DNA from: a virus | DNA length: 64,000 bases | Strand: one strand, 5' to 3' | IMG/VR virus record: IMGVR_UViG_3300023117_000010 | Coordinates: 1-64,000 of that record | In this document: one piece after another, positions 1 to 11,900 of the stretch | Position numbering within the stretch: position 1 is the stretch's first letter | Layout of the letters: each line of letters opens with the position of its first letter | Notes under the pieces: generated by a model | What the model saw: only the letters and a program-made list of their open reading frames with translations | Databases searched by the model: none | Told to the model about the DNA's origin: nothing | Position numbers and translations under genes: made by a program

Positions 1-2866
1 GAACCCAACTTTCTTCAGATCCTGCAAATATGTCTATTAAATATTCTGAGGCGTGGTCTATAAAATTATCATAAAAATCTTGAGTTTTACTAGCAGCACC
101 CACTTCGCGGTAAAGGCCGCCATAACTAGAAATGCTTTGAGATTGCATAAAATTAGGAACTATTGACAAATTATACATGGCTGCGGCTTGACCTTCCCAT
201 TTAGCCTCTTCTTGAGTGTGTTCTTCGTGTTCTTCGTTTTCAATATCATCCCAATTATCAACTGAAGTCTTTTTCCATTTAGAAGTCCTTCTCCACTTAG
301 ACAGAAGTGAAAGTTGTTGCTCATCAACTCTAGTGGGCAATTGTGAAATACCTTCTCCCTTATGTAAACCTCGTTCAAATCTTTGACGATAATCTGAAAA
401 GTCTGTTTCATCAAACTCAGACCAATTTAATAATTCGTCTTCTTCTGGATTAAACATTGAACGCAATTGATTCATTGAATTATATTTGTTTATAATTTTA
501 AGAATACTTGTTGCACGACTTTCATCTTCAGATCCTGATTCCCCCCAATTTTGATTTATTTTATTAACTTCAACAAGATTTTTTGCCAATTGTTTAGGAT
601 CTTCGCTCCAAATAGAGGATAGCCACTCGTTCCATTTTTCTTTATAATTAGGATCATTTGGATTTGTCATAGTCATCTTTTCAAAAGCATCTCTCCATCC
701 CCCACGGCGTTGATCTTCAAAACTAGGAATTATCAATAAGTCTTGATTTCTTGTTTGTTGACTTTGCATTATTTTAGCAAGTTGATCTACTTGGCCCGTT
801 CTTCTTGCATAATCTAATAGTTTTTGAAGATCTTCTTGAGAGATATCTTCTGGCAAAGAGGTTAATAATCTTGCCATATCAACAGGCTTATCTGGGCTTG
901 CTTCTGGCGGATAGATTCCATAATGCTCTGGTCTATAGTTTCTATCAAACCCCCCGGGACCGGCGTAAGGGTGTCGCCTCATATTTTCGTCATATTTTGA
1001 ATCAAATTCTTCTTCTTCATCAATAGCAATCATACTTGGATCATAGTTAGACTCTCCATCCATATTTCTAAACTCTTGCCATTCGGTTATATTGCGACCC
1101 CCGGGAAGAGTCGGTTTTTTATTAAAAAGTCGTTCAAACCCGTTGGGATCTGTCATAAATTGACGAATTCTTTTTCTATATTTTGCAAGAGGGTGAAGGT
1201 TTTGTTTTCCTTGAATTTGTTGAATAGAGCCGTCTTTATTTATTTCTAAAGTAGCGTGAGGTTTATTATTTGGACTTCTTAAAGAAACAATTTTTATTAG
1301 ACCTTGTTCTATTCTGTCTCCATATCCTTGACGACGAACACAGTGTTGCATAGTTTGACCTTCATAATCACACTCTTCTGGTGAAAGATCCCTTATAAAC
1401 CATCCATCGGGCCACTCATAAATAATTTTTTCGTCTTTTTTCTTTTCTTCATCTAAAGAAACTCCTTGAGACAGAAGTTCTAAGTCCCATTCTTGGATTT
1501 TATCAAAAATATCTTTTACTGAAAATTCCATGATGTTAACGCCACGACGAGTAGGAGAATTACTTCCATACCAATCTGCCCAATGAGAAAGAGTTGCTTC
1601 GTCTAAAAATCCTCTAAATTCAGTTCCTTCAATGGGAGTAGTTTGCATCAGTTCCACAAAAGCATCTTCGCCTTCTCCAACCATTGAAGGTTCTAATCTT
1701 TTCTTTTTATATTCTCTTACAATCCAAGGCAGAAAGTCATCAACTTTTTCGGGAAGACCTTTCATCCAGTCAAGAACCTTTTGCCCCTCTTCTGTTCTAA
1801 GCACTTTAGGATCGTCTTTAATAATCTTATCTAGTTTAGATGCGGTTACTTGTTTCCACTTAGATTGTTTTTGTTCTGGTCTATAAAAACCACAAGTGCA
1901 TGGTTTCCCTGTATGAACATTTTTATGAAGAGTAGACTTTGCAATTTTTTCACTTCTATATTTTTCTTTAGGTTTCATTTTTTTATCGCCAAGTATTTCT
2001 GATGCAGAAGGTACATAGTCGCCAGAATAGGGGCTTGCCCAATTCATTTGAGGAATAAATGGGACTTCTCCACTTTCTTCTAATTTCTTTCTTTCATTAA
2101 TTTCGTCTTGTAATTCTTGAGGGAGTTCATCTATTAATAAATCATGATCTGTTTTAAATTTAAAATTAGGAAGAGTATCTGGTCTTTGTTTTTTGGGTAC
2201 AAGAAGTTTTTTTTGTTTTCTGTTTGGAACACGCTCCCGAATTGGCGGCGTTTGTTTTTTTGTTTTTGGATGAAGCCTATGCTCCTTAAGACTTCTAGAA
2301 GGAATATTGTTTTCTTGTAAATAATTTTTAATTGCATTTGTAGAAACATTATATTTTTTTGCAAGTGATGCTACGCTTTCTCCCCCAACGTATTCAGCGA
2401 TAATATCTCTTAAAAACTCAGAACCTTTTGTGTCGCGGATTGATGGGCGCGCTGATTTTTTATCCGGCAAACTTTTATAATTTTTTTGTCCTTCAACGTA
2501 TTCACAAGCCTTAGCGCGAGTCATCCCCTTTGGAGGCTCAATAGAGCCATTACAAATACCTTGCATATATCTAAATTGGGCTTTACTACGAGCGGGCGCT
2601 TCTTTTAAAAGATAAGATTGTTTTTGATTTTGTTTCATAGAAAAAGAATAGGCAGGATACATACTCTGAAGTTCAGCAATAAGTTGTTCTCTAATTCCAC
2701 CTTCGCGCCAATACTTACGAGGAATATAGATATAATCTACAATAAGATTTTTATTATTATTATCAACTTTATAAAACAATTGACCTACCGGAAGTTGGTC
2801 TTCTTCTAAGACCGCAAATAGTTTACCATTTTGTCCTTCTTCTATGTTTTGAAAATCAACTTTCAT
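1..2866 (-). CDS. Large multidomain putative virion/internal head protein, truncated by the window edge (GNAT-like, PARSKAQ module, HTH, PcfJ-like domains)
   Basis: Hand translation from ATG 2866 is open to base 1 (MKVDFQNIEEGQNGK...). Not in the ORF track because its stop lies outside the window. PcfJ-like motif EGQTMQHCV...SLR...KPHATLEI...IQQIQGKQN; HTH GESVASLAKKYNVSTNAIKNYL. Confidence 0.85.
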   Translation of the reverse strand, partial: MKVDFQNIEEGQNGKLFAVLEEDQLPVGQLFYKVDNNNKNLIVDYIYIPRKYWREGGIREQLIAELQSMYPAYSFSMKQNQKQSYLLKEAPARSKAQFRYMQGICNGSIEPPKGMTRAKACEYVEGQKNYKSLPDKKSARPSIRDTKGSEFLRDIIAEYVGGESVASLAKKYNVSTNAIKNYLQENNIPSRSLKEHRLHPKTKKQTPPIRERVPNRKQKKLLVPKKQRPDTLPNFKFKTDHDLLIDELPQELQDEINERKKLEESGEVPFIPQMNWASPYSGDYVPSASEILGDKKMKPKEKYRSEKIAKSTLHKNVHTGKPCTCGFYRPEQKQSKWKQVTASKLDKIIKDDPKVLRTEEGQKVLDWMKGLPEKVDDFLPWIVREYKKKRLEPSMVGEGEDAFVELMQTTPIEGTEFRGFLDEATLSHWADWYGSNSPTRRGVNIMEFSVKDIFDKIQEWDLELLSQGVSLDEEKKKDEKIIYEWPDGWFIRDLSPEECDYEGQTMQHCVRRQGYGDRIEQGLIKIVSLRSPNNKPHATLEINKDGSIQQIQGKQNLHPLAKYRKRIRQFMTDPNGFERLFNKKPTLPGGRNITEWQEFRNMDGESNYDPSMIAIDEEEEFDSKYDENMRRHPYAGPGGFDRNYRPEHYGIYPPEASPDKPVDMARLLTSLPEDISQEDLQKLLDYARRTGQVDQLAKIMQSQQTRNQDLLIIPSFEDQRRGGWRDAFEKMTMTNPNDPNYKEKWNEWLSSIWSEDPKQLAKNLVEVNKINQNWGESGSEDESRATSILKIINKYNSMNQLRSMFNPEEDELLNWSEFDETDFSDYRQRFERGLHKGEGISQLPTRVDEQQLSLLSKWRRTSKWKKTSVDNWDDIENEEHEEHTQEEAKWEGQAAAMYNLSIVPNFMQSQSISSYGGLYREVGAASKTQDFYDNFIDHASEYLIDIFAGSEESWV

Positions 2867-2903
2867 AATTATCCAATCTTTCTATTCTATTATTAAAACT
2901 TCG

Positions 2904-5900
2904 CTATACACATATTTCTTTTAATTTAGATTCTTTATATCCTTTTCTGTAATTTATTGCTTCTTTTAGCGAAGATTCAAAAACATCAGGGTAAATTCCT
3001 AGTTCTTCGTATTCAGGATTAAAGTCTGGATCGTGTTCTTGAAGTATTTCTTCTACAGGTCTAAGACCATCTCCATCTAATCCTTCTCCAGTTTCGGGAT
3101 TAATTAAGAAAAAGTGCCACGCCCCGTCATTTGGCCCTTCAGCAATTTTATAGATCGGCCAGCCTGTTTCTTGATGTTTTTTTATTGCAAAAAGGTCGCA
3201 GTCTCCGTGTCTCCAATTATTATTTGATTCTTTATATCCAACAGGCTGAATGATAAGATCATATGGATGCTTGCCATGATCAAAGTGGAATGACCAGCGC
3301 TTCTTTTCTTCGTAAAGTTTTAGATCTTCCATTGCATGCCCGTCTTGCTCTTTTGCTTCGGAATCAATCTTTTCATTATCATGAGGATTTTCTTTATTTA
3401 TATATCCGTCTTTAAGTTGTTTAAGCCACTTGAGGGTTTGTTTTTTTACTTCTTCCCAACTTCCAGTAGTGAGGATATCGTGGCCCATCTCTCCATCAAG
3501 AACGGCTTCCCATGCGTCTTTTTTATTTGCTGAAGTTTTGTTACCATTAAATAATCTTTTAAACTCTTCGTGATAAGTATTTTTAAATATAAGATAAAGA
3601 TTATTTTTATCATCATTTGATAAAGAATTCATCAATTCTTTTTCTGCTTGATCCATTTCATAAACAGGCATTGTATTATTAAAAAGATGATTCCACAACG
3701 CTTCTTTTGCTATTTGTAGAAGATAATAAATATAAAATTTTTCAATTGAAATTCCTTTTTCAAAAAGTTGTTTTAATCTTTTTTCTCTAAAAATGTCAAC
3801 TTGGTTTGGATCATAAAAACGATTATTAAGAGTTTCTTGAGTTATCCCAGATGAAGATAGATCTATATCATCTACAAGATATTTTAATTGTTCATTACTA
3901 CTTCCGGGAATTGCATTTCCAAATGGGTGATTTTCAAATTGTTCCCATATTTGTTTTGCTTTTCTAATCGCTTCTTTTTTTGTAACTTCTGGGAGAGATT
4001 TTCTTGCAGGAATAAGTTTTTCTCTAACAAAAGAGTCTGTAAATTCACTATTTTCAAACATAGCGGTTTTTGAATACATACCCCATTGTCCCTTTGGTCT
4101 TGCATATTCTGCTGGTTGTGGATTATGCTTAGGACGAACTATTTTCCATTTTTTATTATTAATGACTTTTTCTTCAGGCTTGTCATCTTCTTCAATAGAA
4201 TCTGGAATTCCTTCAAAGGTTGTTTCTGCAACTTCATCTCCAATTGCCATTTGTCTTTGCCCATGAGAACTTGTTTTCTTTGCAATATTAATTATTTCTT
4301 TATTATTAAGTTTATTAAAATCTATGTAGTTGTGAACTATGCCATATTCCCAACCAGCCTTATAACTCTGTTCTAGTATTTCCCAGAATTTTTCCCAGTC
4401 ATCGTTGGGAATATCTGTTTTTTCAAAAAAATGAGTATAATTTTTAACTATAATACGAACGCCTTCTCCAACAATTATTGGTTCAAAATTATTTCTTAAT
4501 CTCTCTCTAAATAATTCTAATTGGTTTGGATTGTAATGTCTATCTGGTTCAACATAATCGTCTGATTTATTAAGTTCATTATAATTAATTCTGGCTAACG
4601 CTGTTTGTGCATTATGAAATCCATTAACAACACCTTGAAAACGAATATTATCAGCAACTAAAGCATTTTTTGAAGATTTTAAGTCTTCCGACTCTTCAAT
4701 TACTTGATCTTCGTGGTCATTAAGCAAAAAGTCTATTTGAGCCTCTTCTTCATCCCAGTCAGATGAAATAATTTTCCATTTAGATAATTTTGAAGATGTT
4801 TCTTCTTTAAATGTCTCATCCCACGCTTTATAAAAAGCATTATTATAAATTAATTCATTTTCTTTTGTGTTTGTAATATCAAATATGTCTTTTAATATAA
4901 TCTTTTTTTCTAAATATCCTAACTCTAACATATAATATTCTATTCGATCCAGAATAAGCCATTGAAGTTCTGTTTTAAACGATCCAACCCAATAAACTTC
5001 ATCTTTCAAAACATTATCTGCCATAGTTCTGAGTTGTTCAATTCCTAATCCTAATTGATTTTTATTAATTAAACGATTTTCTTCCGTTTGATGAAAATGA
5101 ATCATTTTTTCTTCATATGTATTTAAAGGAGAAATTATCTCACCATCATCGTCCAACCATACTTTTTTTTCTTTATCGTAATGTTTATTTAATCTATCAG
5201 TGTTATATCTATCAATCCATGCTTTTAAAATTCTAGAGGCTTCCCACCCGGCTCTTTGAGGTAATAGAACAGGAACTTCTTCTATTATTTTATTTATAAT
5301 TTGTTTTGTACTGTCAGTATAGTCGTCATGAGAAGCGATCTTACCACGATATTGAAGATCTTCTTTTACCCAGTCATAAATTTCTTGCCAATTTATATTT
5401 TCTACTTTAAGTAAATATCTTTCAATATCTTCTGGCTCTGGTTCTCCAAAGAAACCAAATTGCATCTGTTCCATCTCTTGAACATATTGCTTTTGCTTTT
5501 GCAAACTAAACGGAAACTGTTTTCTTGCTTGCTGTTTCCATGTTTTTCTAAGTTCATTTTTTTGGGCTTCTACATCTTGTTCGTCTGATATATTTTCCCA
5601 ATTTTGAGCAATTCCTTGATTATAAGGATTAAGCACATTTTCAATCATCCAATTAGCAAGGTCTTGAACAGAGCCACCTTGACGAACAATCTTTTCCATT
5701 GTCTTAATAGAAGGACGCAATATTCTTGAGTCCGATAATATTTGTTCAACTAAAATTTCTGTTTCTGGAGTAGACCAATTTTCATATTGAGAAGCAGTTT
5801 TAGATTGTTGCCTCATCCAATCAACAACTTGTGGACTTGGAGAAGCAGGTTCTGGCTCGGGCAACTCACCCTTTACGTTATAAAGATCCATCATTTCTTG

Positions 5901-8900
5901 ATCGGGGTGAATGTTACGATCATTTTGCTCTCTCTGTCTTTGCTCTTTCCATTTTTCAAAAAATGCTTCAGCAATGTTATAACCACCTAAAACATGGTTT
6001 ATTTCTATTTCTGCTCGTCTTTCTAGTTCTCCAGTATAATCATGTGCTTCATCCCACAAATATTGTCTTATAGTATCTTCTATGTCTGCCCAATGTTCTT
6101 CATATTCTTCTGTAGTTAACTGATCTTCAATATTTATATAAAAATCAATTGCTGTTTCTACAAAATATTCAAACCAACGTCCCGCCTCTTCTGTTGCCCA
6201 TTCTATTGCAAGATTTTCTTCAGGATTTGAATTATTAACTAAGGAGTTAACATATTTTTTAAAAATTGCCTCGTCAGACCACACACCTAATGGTACTAAC
6301 TGCTCAAAAACTATATCTTCCCAGTCATAATCTTCAAGAAAAGAGGTAACAATCGAATCTCCATCTATAGTTTGAACTTCTTGAAGAATCATCCAGTCAA
6401 TTTCTGACCAGTCTCTAATATCTTTTTCCTCTTCTTCCTCTTCTTCTTCATCCCACTCATCTGCTGCAACAATCTTCCTTTTAGAACCCTTCCACCAACT
6501 TTCAGGTTCCCATTTGTCAAGATTTTTATATCTTCTTAACTCTTCTTCTTCTTGTTCATTTCTTTCTGGTTTATTTTCATAAAAGTCTACAATATCAGAA
6601 GGAGTCCACTTGGGGTGATCTTGATGGTCTAACTCGTATCCAGTTTCAGTATAAACTTCGTACAAAGCGTTATTAATAGCATAAGGACCGCCAAATGCAG
6701 TTTGACGAACATTATTATGCATTATTTCAAACTGACTATGTATTTCATCATCATCTATATACATCAATGATTCAAATATTGGCGTAAAAATATCAATAAA
6801 TGCATCTTGGATAAATGAATCAAGATCATATGCTGGGCCATTGTAACCACTTTCTTCTTTGATTTCATCAATATAATCATACCAATTATATAATATTTCG
6901 TAAGCAACTTTAACCTTTTCAAATACAGTTGCTTCAGATTCCCAATCAAACGTCGCAGTTTTCTTAAGATTTTCTATCATTGTATGATAAAGGCGAGGCA
7001 GGAACTGATTGGGCATAGCAGAAACTTTTGTTTGAAAATGTTTTTCATATCCTGCTCTAATCTCATCATCCGATTCTCCACTTAAACGCCCTTGAGAGAT
7101 ATAATTATACATGCTTTCCATTTTTTGAAGCAAGTCGGGCATTTTATTGTTAATAAATTCTTCAATTGCTATAATTCTTGTTTCGCTGAAAGAATAATAA
7201 CTTTTCTTCCAATCAGGGAATAGTGATTCTAATAATTTTTGATGATTTGTAAAGTCTATCCACGAATCATGAAGCCGTTCCATTTTTAATTGATTGGGAA
7301 CAACTTCCATTCTATCTGGATATTTTTCAACGGTAAAACCGCTTCCCATTGATGGAAGATCTTCTAAAACAACATCAAATGCATATTTTTCAATTAATTG
7401 CTTAGTTTGATTTTCGTTTTGTTCTAATTGATTGTAGTATTGAGTATATAAATCTTCAAATCCCCCTGCAATCTTCCATTTAGAAGTAAAATCCCAAGGC
7501 TTTTTAGGAAAGTCTTCTTCAGTTGCCCAATTTAAAGGCTCATCAGATCCACGCAATGTCTGAATCTTCCATTTATCTTTAATTTTCTTACGATGCTTTT
7601 TAGCCTCGTTCTCATCTGTCTCTTTGGGACCAAGATAGGCTTCGGCGTCTGAGTCTACTGGGTCATAAAAACGTTCAATGTTGTTTATTACAGTAGGCCA
7701 TAAACTTAAAACTTTACTATCATTTAATAAATCTTGAGCGTATTTGTTTAACTCGTTATACACATAGTTATTAATAGGTTCATATACACTTATCAGTTTG
7801 TTAAGTTGATCGGATAAATCATCCCAACCATTAAGCGCTTCGTCTAAGAATCCTAAAAAGTCTAAACTATTCATTTCGAAAGAAAGATACCTTTCAAGAA
7901 GCATATCTTCTTCTAACCAAATTATTTTATCATTTGTTAAATTTGTTAAATCATTGCGAATTTTTTTAACAAAATGAAATATGTCGCCTCTAACTTCATC
8001 AATAGCCTGATTTGCAAAATATCTATTAGTGTCTTCCCAATCTACATGCTCTCTTGCTAAATCTTCTATATCATAAATTAAATCTGTATCATTATCATAT
8101 AATTCTCTTAATTCTGGAGAAACGCCGCTTTGAGGGCTTTCAAGATAATCATAAATGTCTCTCCAAATTGCTTCTGATATGCTATCTTCGGCAACATAAA
8201 TTGCATCTCTATAAGTAGAGTCTTGCACAAATTCTAAATCAGAATAAGCGGTATCTTTATAAGCATCCATATAATCTATGGGATATGGAGCAACATCTTT
8301 TGCTAGTTCTTCTATTTCTTTTTGAATTTGAGTAGAGTAATCAGATGCTACCTTACTCTCCCATCTTTTTTTAGGAAAGTCGTCTTCGCTAGCCCACTCA
8401 AGTTTTTGCCCCGGCTTGCGTTCCGTTTGGATTTTCCATTTATCGGCTATATTTCTGCGATGTTTTTTAGCCTCATTTTCGTCTGTTGCTTCAGGGCCAA
8501 GATAGGGTTCTCTACTTTCTGGCACAGGATTATATAATTCGGAGATATTTGCACTCTCTGAGAATGCCGCTCTTAGCCTTTCTTCATCAATATTTTCCCA
8601 AAATCCTTCATCAACGTCAAGATAAAATTCTTCTATAAGAAAATAAGGATCTTGAATATAGGGATTAGGTTCTCCTTCTTCAATATAACCTGTTGCAGCA
8701 CGAAGTTCATTGTATGCATTAGATTCATAAATATGATCTTCTATTAAAGAAGTCTTTCCTTCTTTAAGGTTTTCTAAGTAATCAATTCTATCTTTAACAG
8801 ACCAGTACCTAACAGAATTTTCAGACAGATCCATTACATATTCAGCAAAATATTTACCCTCTTGATATCCTGCCTGATTAACAGATTCTTCAATAATCTG

Positions 8901-11900
8901 TGCATATTCTATTCCAAGATTCCGAACAGACTGTTCAATATACTCAAAAAATTCCCATCTGTTTTCTTCAGTTCTTAGTTCTTCTGGGACTGTATTATAA
9001 AAATATCTTTCTGCTTCATCAATAAGGCTTTGTTTTAGCCTTTCATACATTCCAAGGAATTGCGCTCTTTCCCAGTATGCTATATTTTTTGGATTTAACC
9101 CAAGAGATTTTCCTGCAAGATTGGCATATTCTGCTAATAAATATTCTTCTGGATCATAAAAATTATTATTTATTCTGTCGTTTGATTGTTTAGTATGAGA
9201 GCCTTTCCACCATTCTTCGGGTTCCCATTTTTCTTTTACTTCTTCTGTTTTCTTTTTACGTTCATCTTCGTTAATTTCTTGATGAAGTACTTCGTTGGCT
9301 TTTTCTTGACGCCGATCCCACTCTTCTGAAGTTTTTGCACCAGTTTCTATAATTTTTTCAAAATATTCAAAGATATCTGTTTTATTGCCAAACCAATCTT
9401 CCATAAATTGAACTTCTGGGTATTTATCAACCCATTTTTTTAATTCGTTTAAAACTTTTTGAATTTTAGGAATAGCGGAAGGAAAATATGAAAGCCATTC
9501 TTGTTTATCATATTGGCGATTAGCAAGTTGATCGTTTATACTATCAAGAATTGGATGTAAACTTTTTTTAATTTCTTTTTCAGTAGGTTCCCAATTTTTG
9601 TTTATATTTTTACCACATTCATCACATTGCTTCCACCAATCATCTTCATCGGGATATTCATCTTTAAATAACGAGGGGTAAGAACCACCTTCAAAGTCAA
9701 TATAATCTCCGGGTTTTAGATACTGCATATACTTTTGGGCACAATCTTTACATATGTCAGACCCATAATCATCTTGATTTTTAAATATAACGTAGTGTTC
9801 GTCGCGTGAGTCTAAAGGGCTACTTGTTTTAGAGGTAAAGTCCCAAGGTTTTTTAGGGAAATCTTCTTCTGTTGCCCAGTTTAATCTGTCTCCCTTTGAT
9901 CGGTCGTAATCAACCTTCCATTTGTCAGCGATATCTCTGCGATGTTTCTTGGCCTCATTTTCGTCTGTCTCTTCTGGGCCAAGGTACGGCTCTCGTGAGG
10001 GGTCAACAGGTTCATACAAATGTCTTGCGTCTGCTCCCAAAGAGTCTTCCATCTTTCGCACACTAATATTACTCCGAAATCCTTCGTCTAACCCCTCGCT
10101 CCAATCATCGTATCCGCTGTTTAGACTGGCTTCCTGAAGAACTTCAGCGGCATTGTGAAAAGAATAAACTTCATCAAAGTCCCACATATTTGCATATTCA
10201 AGAAGATTAGAATGTCCTTCTTCGATATTTTTTATTTCGTCCAGTCTAGCCGCAATCGGCCAACTTTTTACTTCAGCCGGGTCAAAATCCATAAAGTAGG
10301 AGGCAATTGTTTTTCCCACTCTTTTTGCATCTTCATAAATTGCATCATAGATATCCCTTGAATATCTATCAATAATTCCGTAAATTTCTTCTTCGACGGC
10401 TTCAATAAACTTTTCTTTTACTACTTGTTCATCTTTAATATTATATCGTTTAACAAAACTATCGGCAAAATTATGTACTTCGTCTTCAAGATAAAAAAGA
10501 TCGTTAGAAAGAAGTCTTTTATCTGTCACCAAATCACTAATAATATCGGCCTTTTCCCAGTACCGTAGATTGGTAGGGTTAACAGTTATGCTTTTGTTTT
10601 TCTGCTGCACATAACTTTCAACTATAACTTGTTCAAGATCATAGAACTTATCTTTCATCTCTTGAATTAATTCAGGGGTGGCTGCAATAACCCTTTTCCG
10701 TTTAGAACCCTTCCACCAGTCGGCTGGTTCCCATTTGTCAATAATTCTTTTACGGTGCTTTCTGGCTTCGTTCTTATCTGTTGCCTCTGGCCCCAGATTA
10801 GTTTCCATATTTTCTGGGAGTGGGTTATATAAGTCATAGAGATTAGAAGGAATATAACCCATATCATCTGGTTCTGGCTGCTCAGATTGGTATTCGAATC
10901 CCCATTGATCCCAAAGTTCTTGATAATCAACATCTTTGCGTTCAATTAAATTGACAGCATCATTTTCTTCTTCGTTCATACGATCAATAACTTTATTTAT
11001 TTCTTGAACAAAATAATCAAACGACTGGCCGTTTTCCATTATATTAAAAAATCTGTCGTAATCGTCATCATCATCGTAAGTTTCAGACCAGATTCTTTCT
11101 TGAATGTCTGGGTTGCGAGCAGAACCTTTCCACCAACTTTGCGGCTCCCATTTGTCTTGAATATTTTTTTGACGTTTTTTATTATTTTGTATATCATATT
11201 CTTCAGAACTCATATCTTCAGGCGAAATAGAAATATTTTTATTTGAATTATTTAATCTTTTTTTTATATTTATTCTGTAATTTTCTATTATGCTTTGAAA
11301 TTTATTTATGATTATTTCGTAAGCATCTTTTTTAAATTTCAAAAGAGAATTTTTTGGTATATTTTTATTTCCAAAATTGTTTATATGCCATTTAATAAAG
11401 TCGTCAAATGGTTTAAACCATTCTGGGTTTCCATATCCTAAAAATTTTAATGTTTCTTCTGCTGCGGCTTCATCTGAGTGATATCGTAAAAAAGACTTTT
11501 GATAATATTCATTAATAAAATCACTTAAAGAGATTCTAAAAAAGGCTGCTGCAAATTTTTCAGCAATTATTAATGGGTCTGTGTCTGAACTTGACCCCTT
11601 CCACCAACTAGCCGGTTCCCATTTATCTTTTATTTCTTGTTGTCTTTGTTGATTGTGTTTCTCTTGAGTCCAGCGGTTATAGAAATCTTTTTGAGCCTGT
11701 CGGTAAGATTTCTTTTTAGCCTCAATTTCAGTTTCATCAAGCCCACCAAATTCATCTTCCCAATCAACTGAAGATTCGTTTAGGAAATCGTCTACTGTTT
11801 CCCCACAATCTACACAAGTGAGCATTTGATATGGAGCATCATCTTCATGATAGTTGTACCATTCATCCCACGGAGCAATTGGGTTAGGAGAGCCATCTGG

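Noticed and set aside
2856-2906. TAG read-through joining the giant ORF to the left ORF, or an alternative genetic code
   Set aside because: The same frame hits TGA at 2856-2858, the left ORF is in another frame with its own ATG, and core genes are intact under the standard code
160-11246. Short ORF-track calls on either strand overlapping the two large left genes
   Set aside because: Shadow frames of long coding sequences, with no RBS or plausible composition
6485-11625. Repeats as a CRISPR array or diversity-generating retroelement
   Set aside because: Irregular spacing of hundreds of bases, in-frame synonymous divergence, and no cas operon or reverse transcriptase in the window
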